Translations under genes and position numbers: made by a program
The notes under the pieces: model-generated
Database searches by the model: none
Seen by the model: only the letters and a program-made list of their open reading frames with translations
What the model was told of the DNA's origin: nothing
NCBI GenBank assembly: GCA_004764695.1
Contig: SMSO01000033.1
Location: forward strand, 1,736,001 to 1,800,000
Direction of reading: 5' to 3'
Length of the DNA stretch: 64,000 bases
DNA from: Schizochytrium sp. TIO01
Lineage: Eukaryota; Protista; Bigyra: Labyrinthulomycetes
In this document: one piece after another, positions 57,489 through 64,000 of the stretch
Layout: each line of letters opens with the position of its first letter
Position numbering within the stretch: position 1 is the first letter of the stretch

Positions 57489-60400
57489 TTAAGCGCTGCC
57501 ACTGGTGCAGCCAACGCCCTCGGCGTCATAGTTGAAGTCAAGACTGACGTTGAAGCCGAAGTTGGACATGCAGGTAGCCTCAACGTTAGACTCGGCAGGG
57601 CAAGCATCGGCAGAGCCATCAAGATCACACTGCTGAAGACGGATGCGGTTGGTGAAGAGGGGATAGTACTGGCTCTCGTAAGCCGGGATGACAAGTTGGT
57701 TGCCACATGGCAAGAGGTTAGAGGGAATGAAGAAGACCTCTTCCCACTCATCATCACCACTCTCGTACTGAACGGAGATACCCATAACACAAGCATCGGT
57801 GTCATCGCGGGTAGAGTACTCGGAAATGTCGCTGGCGCAGTAACTGTTGACAAAGTTGCGCTCACCGACGGAGCCGTAGTTCTCCGCAATGGCGTAGTAA
57901 CCGTTGGTCTCAGCAAGATCCTCACATTCACGGAGGAAGTCAGCATCGGTGTCAGTGGACTGCTTGAGGGGAAGAAGAGCGGTACACACGGCAGTGGTCC
58001 ACTGAGAAGCGGTGGTGGTGGAGTCAGAGCTGTCGTAGATGTTGCTCACACACTTGCTCACAGAGTACGGCTGGTTGGCAGTGCGGCACCAGCTCTCCAC
58101 ACCAAGGTCGATCTGGTCCGGGGTACAGGAACCAGTCCAGAATGCCTTACAGGCGCGCAAGTTGTCAGAGAGAGACTTGAGCTGGCACTCAACAGCGTTG
58201 GAGTTGTTGGTCCACTGGCCACCGTACTGGTAGAGGTCAGCAGTCGGGCAGTATCCGCTAGTGTCAGTGCGGTTGATGTCAGTGTCAATCAAGTGCTCGA
58301 TGTTAAGACGGTATCCACCGACGTAGTCAGAGTTGACAGCCTGGGAGTTCACGCAAGTGACACGGAAGAAGATACCCATGTCAGCTTCGTAGACAGCCCA
58401 GACACGCTCGTCCTCGCCGTAGCCATCCTCGCCAGCACCAGTGTAGTTCATGACAAGGGCCTCGGAGATGTCATCACCAGAGATGGTGGTCCATCCAGCA
58501 TAGTCATCATCACCGTAGCATCCCTCGGGGTCGAGAGAGTAAGAGCCACGAGGGGTGGTGAGGAAGAGCTGGGTAAGAATGGAACGTTCGCCAGTGAAGA
58601 AGGAGAGGTTATAGAGCGGCTCGGGAACGGTGTACAAAACGACCTCAGCCTCTCCAGACTCCTCCCAATCGGGTAAGCAAGGCGAGCCATAAGCACCAAC
58701 GTTGGCACGACGGTTGCCAATTTCATCAGCGACAGTCTGGTTCCAGACACAAGTGTTACCGGCGTGGTCAAGAAGGTTGTCACAGATGCTCTCGGAGAAG
58801 CCACAGCTGCTGGTCCGAGCATCACAAATGATAAGCTTCTGACGGCTGCCATCGAAGGCCTGACCAAACGGATCACCCCAAAGAGCGCAAGATTCGCAGC
58901 ACTCCATGTCAAATCCAGACTCCGGAGCAGTGATGGTCAAAGTAACTGTGGCGTTGTTGGACTCGGTCTCGAGGTTAGCACAGAGGTCACTCATGCTGGT
59001 GTCGTTGAGGTCACAGAAAGGCTGGGTGGTCTCGATATCACGGCAGCTCTGGTCCTCCTGACCGGGGCTGTAGTTGTTGGTAAGGCAGCATTGGTCACAT
59101 TCACCCATGTACCAGGTCTCAGTGGTGTCACAGATCTGAGGGGACGGGAACACGTTCTGGGAGCACTCGGTACAGTTGTTGGCAGTAGTGATACTCTCTC
59201 CGGACGATGAGCAGGAAGGGCCCTGGAAGTCCATGTCTACCTCCATGTTGGCGGTAGGCTTGCACTCGGTACCACCCTCAGCTACAAGACAAGAGGAGCT
59301 GAGGCCACATTGGCGTAGACGAATCTGGTACAAGAAGAGGTCAGGGAAGTCCTCACCGCTGGCAGTAATGTCCGCGTCATCGCAGGGAGGCTGCTCGGGG
59401 GAGAAGTAGAGGATAGGGGTCCATTCGTCGTTCTTGTAGACCTCGACCATGACACCAGCAGCACAGGTCTCGTCATCAGGGATGGTGGTAAAGTTGCCAA
59501 TACCGGTGACGCAGGTCTCGGAGGAAGTCCACTGGTGAACAATGATACCTTCGTACTTCTGCTCCCACTCGTACCATCCGAACTGCTCGATCTCGTTAAC
59601 GCATTCCTCAACGTAGGTCTCCTGAGCGTTCGAGGAGTAGGCAAGCTCAGAGTTCATCTGACAAGCGTACTGGATCCAGGTCGAAGCCTGTTCTTCCTCG
59701 GTGCCATTGCGGATCTCGGTCAAGCAGGTAGCAACCATGTCTTCGTAGGTGCTGGCAGAAACAGAGGCCTGGGTGTATTCAAGCTCGGCGGTCTCACACC
59801 AGTACTGCTGCCATCCGTCGAGGGTACGCTCGTAGCAGGTGTCGTCAGTGAGTGCCTTACAGATGGTAACAACGTCAGGGAGCTGCATGGCGAGACAGTG
59901 GTAGTGGCCCTCGATGTTGCCAACGTTGGTGCCGCTTTGGCTCTCCTTGTCGATCACACCGGTGAAGCAGAAACCATCACCAGTGGTGCGGTTCTGGGTA
60001 TCAGTGACGTTCTCAATGTCAAGACGGGAACGGGTAGCGCCCATTGCCTTGGTACAGATAACATCAGCGTAGATACCGACAGAGGCATCACCAATGTGCC
60101 AGCGGATCTCCACATCGTTGGGGGTGGTCACAGTCCAGCTGGACGGAAGGGACGAAACACCAGAGGGGAGAGTCCAGGCGTTGGCAGCACCAGAGTCACC
60201 AACATCGCGAGGATCGTTGTCGAAGCAGTCGACGGAGTTGAGCTGGAAAGATCCACTGACGGTGGAAATTTCAATGATGGCATCAGTGATGACACCACGC
60301 TCACCGACAAGAGCGGAGATGGAGAAGTCATCGACATCAATCATGTTGACTTCGAGCTGGCCGCTGACGTTGTAGTCAGCCTGGCAAGGGGAGCCACTGA

Positions 60401-60947
60401 CAAGGTTGCTGACCCAGTCGTAGTTGTCGTTACCCTTGAGCCACTTGCAGCGGTTGCCAGCATGATCGTACTGTTCACGGCAAATATCCTGCTCCATCTG
60501 GCAGGTGGTGAGGTTGCGGCCATCACACTCAATCATCTCATCGAAAGTGCCATTGAAGGACAAGCAAAGGGGATCACCGTAGCACTTACATTGCTGGCAG
60601 CAGCTCTCCTCGGCGGAAGCGTATGTGGTGGTCACAGTGAAGATGACAGTGTCAGAGGCGTTAGGGGTGAAGTCACAGCCGTCTGTGATGAGAGTGTTCT
60701 CACAGTAGGCAGACTCAACCACAGCCGAGCGGCAGACAGCATCGTCAGAGGCATTGAGCACGTTACCACAGCATCCCTCGTATGTGTAGCTGAGGGTGCC
60801 GCAGCCAGGAAAGTTGTCGTCCTCCCATTGAAGAACTGAGTTCGAGACAGTACACTGACCAGTCATGGAACCGTCATCGAGAGTCTGAGCGTGGATGCCT
60901 GCCACGGCGAGAGCCGCGACGGCGAATGGCGCGACAAAGCCGCGCAT
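57489..60947 (-). CDS. Large secreted acidic Cys-rich protein with two tandem VWD-like modules
   Basis: ATG at 60947 gives signal peptide MRGFVAPFAVAALAVAGIHA. CKCYGDPLCLSFNG and CALWGDPFGQAFDG lie 567 codons apart with matching downstream Cys patterns (DHAGNRCKW / DHAGNTCVW, GSPC, LRQC/LQQC). Strong codon bias. A branch point/acceptor-like ctaacaacag lies just upstream. Confidence 0.85.
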   Translation of the reverse strand: MRGFVAPFAVAALAVAGIHAQTLDDGSMTGQCTVSNSVLQWEDDNFPGCGTLSYTYEGCCGNVLNASDDAVCRSAVVESAYCENTLITDGCDFTPNASDTVIFTVTTTYASAEESCCQQCKCYGDPLCLSFNGTFDEMIECDGRNLTTCQMEQDICREQYDHAGNRCKWLKGNDNYDWVSNLVSGSPCQADYNVSGQLEVNMIDVDDFSISALVGERGVITDAIIEISTVSGSFQLNSVDCFDNDPRDVGDSGAANAWTLPSGVSSLPSSWTVTTPNDVEIRWHIGDASVGIYADVICTKAMGATRSRLDIENVTDTQNRTTGDGFCFTGVIDKESQSGTNVGNIEGHYHCLAMQLPDVVTICKALTDDTCYERTLDGWQQYWCETAELEYTQASVSASTYEDMVATCLTEIRNGTEEEQASTWIQYACQMNSELAYSSNAQETYVEECVNEIEQFGWYEWEQKYEGIIVHQWTSSETCVTGIGNFTTIPDDETCAAGVMVEVYKNDEWTPILYFSPEQPPCDDADITASGEDFPDLFLYQIRLRQCGLSSSCLVAEGGTECKPTANMEVDMDFQGPSCSSSGESITTANNCTECSQNVFPSPQICDTTETWYMGECDQCCLTNNYSPGQEDQSCRDIETTQPFCDLNDTSMSDLCANLETESNNATVTLTITAPESGFDMECCESCALWGDPFGQAFDGSRQKLIICDARTSSCGFSESICDNLLDHAGNTCVWNQTVADEIGNRRANVGAYGSPCLPDWEESGEAEVVLYTVPEPLYNLSFFTGERSILTQLFLTTPRGSYSLDPEGCYGDDDYAGWTTISGDDISEALVMNYTGAGEDGYGEDERVWAVYEADMGIFFRVTCVNSQAVNSDYVGGYRLNIEHLIDTDINRTDTSGYCPTADLYQYGGQWTNNSNAVECQLKSLSDNLRACKAFWTGSCTPDQIDLGVESWCRTANQPYSVSKCVSNIYDSSDSTTTASQWTTAVCTALLPLKQSTDTDADFLRECEDLAETNGYYAIAENYGSVGERNFVNSYCASDISEYSTRDDTDACVMGISVQYESGDDEWEEVFFIPSNLLPCGNQLVIPAYESQYYPLFTNRIRLQQCDLDGSADACPAESNVEATCMSNFGFNVSLDFNYDAEGVGCTSGSA

Positions 60948-63900
60948 TGTGCAAAATTTAAAAGCTTTTACTTTTGCCTGCACCTGTTGTTAGAATTCGA
61001 GTAAAAATGATCAAAATCAGTCCATTTGCGGGTGAACGAATTATCGGTTGTCAGTTCCTCTGTTCATGGGCATATGCCCCTGCACGTGCTTTTTCCATTG
61101 ACCTTTTCTCTACTCCATCCCTAAAGACTACATGCAAACCAAAGAACTATTACTGCCATGTCCTTTGGCCAGATCGCCGCGGCGTGGCGTCCGGATATCC
61201 TCAACAGCCTGTCTGCTATATGATATCCGTCCGTACAAGGCACCCATGCGTGATGGTTATTAAGGTCCTCTACTGAGGTTCTTAAGAGTGCCTACTAGAG
61301 AACCGTGACAATCTCCTTGCATCACCGCCTGGCGCTGTTTCTTTGCTTGCTTGTTTGCTTGGATGTATTCCAACCTCCCGGTTGCATTGCTGAGACAAAG
61401 ATATGACCAATGTCTTCGTTTGCCTATGAACGTACCTTGTTGGCGCAGTTTGTTCCTTGCTGCCGGCTGGAGTTGCCGGAGTTTGGGTTTTGCTTTCAAG
61501 TTTCGATCTCCAATCGATTCTTCAGGTTTCAATCGATGCCTTTTTTTTTTGGTTACCCTTTTAAATAAACAAATCAATAAATGGCTAACATAAAACTCAC
61601 TCGTTTTGAGCTGAGTGACGACGTCTAGAAAATCCTCGCTCATTAATTTCATGGAGGCTCTTGATGAGAGGGCTCACACTGACGGAAGTGCGAATCTTTA
61701 CTTTTCAGTTAGTGAGAATAGTACTTTTCAATACTGAATGATAATGATGGTTTTCTCACTTTCCTAAGAGGAGGAGGAAGAGAGTGAAGGAAGAAAGAAC
61801 GATAGAGGCACTTCGAATAGAATGAATCGCTGCTCACGAAGAAAGTTTCTTCTCTGCGAATGGCTCAAGGAGAGCGCGCACTTCCTTCGGAACGCGTTGT
61901 TTGGGCGCATGCGAATTAGTTTCTTTCTTTGCGTTTGCTTTATTCTGCCATCGTCCTCACTTGTCACGCCGTCGCAGAAAGCGTCTGCGTATCTTGTCGA
62001 TAGATAAGTAAATTAATATCAATATATTTTTTTAAAGGCATAGATAGATACATTCAAGTAGTCGATGGGTAGGTGGGCGTGGCTAACTACTAAAGGGCCT
62101 GGTGGTTTGAATGAGGGCGATGATGGAGTAGAGAAAGCGACTTTCCATCGCCTATTCTGAACCTCACTTTCTTTCCTTCGAGTAAGCACAAAGAAAGCGA
62201 CGCGACTTGGCTTTATGTATTTTATTTTTGTTGAGAATTAGAAACAAAAACAAGAACAAAAATAAAAATAAAATAAAATTAAAAACTTGGAGAATGCTTT
62301 TTCTTTTTCTTTTCTTTCTATTTTTTTTTTTTAAATGAGTGGAACCTCTGTTTTTCCTGTTCTGCGTTGAACCGCGGCCACACGGAATATCAGGAAGAAG
62401 AGCAACCTGAGTTTAACAGAATGGCACTATAAAGCTCGAGCCCCGCCTCAGAAAGAGCCTGGTACTATTTGGATAAACATTAGAGCAGCTCCGACAAATT
62501 ATTGGCAACGTGCGTGCTGGACGCCTAAGAACCTTCTATAGCATCTTTATGAGGGTTCGTGAAGAAGCTCAGGCTTTTCTTACCTTTTTAGATTGTATTA
62601 CTCTAGAGACCACTTCATAATCTCAGTTTCCTTGTTTTTAGTTTATTTTTTTATTTTGGTCATACTTGTTTATATTCAAGTTTAAATATGTATTTTAATT
62701 TTATAAAAGGATAGTCTTTCTGGTTGGGCAGTAAGTCGATTGTAATTCACGTGATGTTTCCAAAAGGATGATGATGTCGATCGATGGATTCTTCGTGATT
62801 TAAGTCATGTCGGTTGAGGTCAGAGTCGCAGATGCTTCTAAATCACCCGAGCGTGATTGTGCACAGCAGGAATACTAACGCTCCGTCCCTTTCTCGTCTG
62901 CTAGCTGGATTGAGGAAACTTCTCTTCGTTTGCAAAGAATCTCTTAATTTGCATCCTAAGTCATCTACTTACGCCCCTCTACTGTTAGCATCACTAGGGG
63001 GTCCTACTGCGGCCAGGATAGCAGAGGCTTCTTCGACTTTCTGCACAAAAGCCTTCGAAGGTCCGAGATTACCACTGGAAAGGCTCGACCCGACTATCAT
63101 CATGACGAGCTCAAAGCCTTCAATCAGAACATCAGCGTTATCCACAATCCACACAGAGCTGCGCAAAGCTTTTCTTCTTCTGCCCTTCGTCTTCTTCGTG
63201 TCCACCTCGAACTGCCAGGTTTTCCCCGCTCTTTAAAAACGTATGAATATATTACATATATCGTATATATCGTATATATATATATATATACACTTTTATC
63301 TTCCTCTTCCCTCAATTTTATCTCGCTCTTTTCGTTTTCAATTAACTCGCCAACAAACAAACAAACTACTTTCGATTTTTATTTCGATCTAAAGATAAAC
63401 TTAAGAGCCCAGCAAAGGTTCTTTTCAGACTGTCTGTTTGCGTGCCAACGAGGGAATAACAAGTGCCTACGAAACAAGGCAGAAAGGGAAACGAAAGCTT
63501 AGAAGAAGAGGAAGAAAGCGAGAGAAACTTTGCTTGATTGGTCCTTGACGAGACTCACACGCCCCGGAGAAGCAGGCTTCGGCCGGCCGCCAGAGCTCTC
63601 GCGTCTCCAGCTCGAGGCCGCTTTTCAGGCGCTTGTTAGGCCTCCGCCTTAGGTTCGCTTTCAGTCTAGTTTTGAGAGAAAGAAACAAAGAAAGAACGAG
63701 AGAAATAAATAAATAAATAAATAAAAAGGAGACAATCAAACAGACAGACGGCCACGGCGGTATAGACGTTAACGTGGTCTGCGTGTTAGACGCACCAAAG
63801 CGGTGTACGTGTTCTGTTCCTCTTTCGGGAGATAGGAACGAGGTGGCAATGGAGGAGACGAATAAAGTGCGAGCGAGAGCTTGAAAGAGGCACGAGCCGA

Positions 63901-64000
63901 AGCCCGACCTTGGATACAATCACCGCTTCGCGTGGACCTTTCGAAGCAGCCAAACAATCAAACCTCGGCCTGCGGGGTCATTTTCATTCCCTCGCTCGCT

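Noticed and set aside
57477-60839. Long + strand ORFs (399 aa and 434 aa) opposite the VWD-like gene
   Set aside because: Antisense shadows of a codon-biased gene; V/G/L-rich with no motifs.
62814-63957. Short ORFs near the window end
   Set aside because: They mostly have non-ATG starts, lack codon bias and motifs, and are probably upstream/UTR sequence of the VWD-like gene or of the next gene.

Overview
Eukaryotic nuclear DNA with intron-poor coding sequences and AT- and microsatellite-rich intergenic spacers. The gene set and style suggest a flagellated stramenopile, most plausibly a thraustochytrid (inference, not verified). About 18 protein genes are present: the 3' part of an ABCA transporter, an acylated divergent TRAFAC/AIG1-like GTPase, a LysM protein, NEDD1, DRG1, a PH-domain protein, riboflavin synthase, a TPH-like coiled-coil protein, MPP-alpha, WDR18/IPI3, a KOBITO1-like glycosyltransferase, a myristoylated hypothetical protein, glutaredoxin, a TPR protein, a bacterial-type CoA-acylating aldehyde dehydrogenase, a cytochrome P450, an MDR/QOR oxidoreductase and a large secreted double-VWD-like protein. 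There is also a frameshifted ARM-repeat pseudogene. I found no tRNA, rRNA, CRISPR array or intact mobile element by eye. The most notable observations are: (1) a three-gene redox neighbourhood at 48.9-56.9 kb, made of an anchorless P450 ending in the PTS1 signal SRL, a SauS/AdhE-type acylating ALDH and an MDR reductase; (2) a 52-bp inverted repeat downstream of MPP-alpha whose 5 mismatches are all G-U wobbles on the + strand; (3) an MPP-alpha that retains an intact HXXEH motif; (4) a GTPase with G1 K->R and G4 D->N substitutions. All family assignments come from motif recognition, not database searches.
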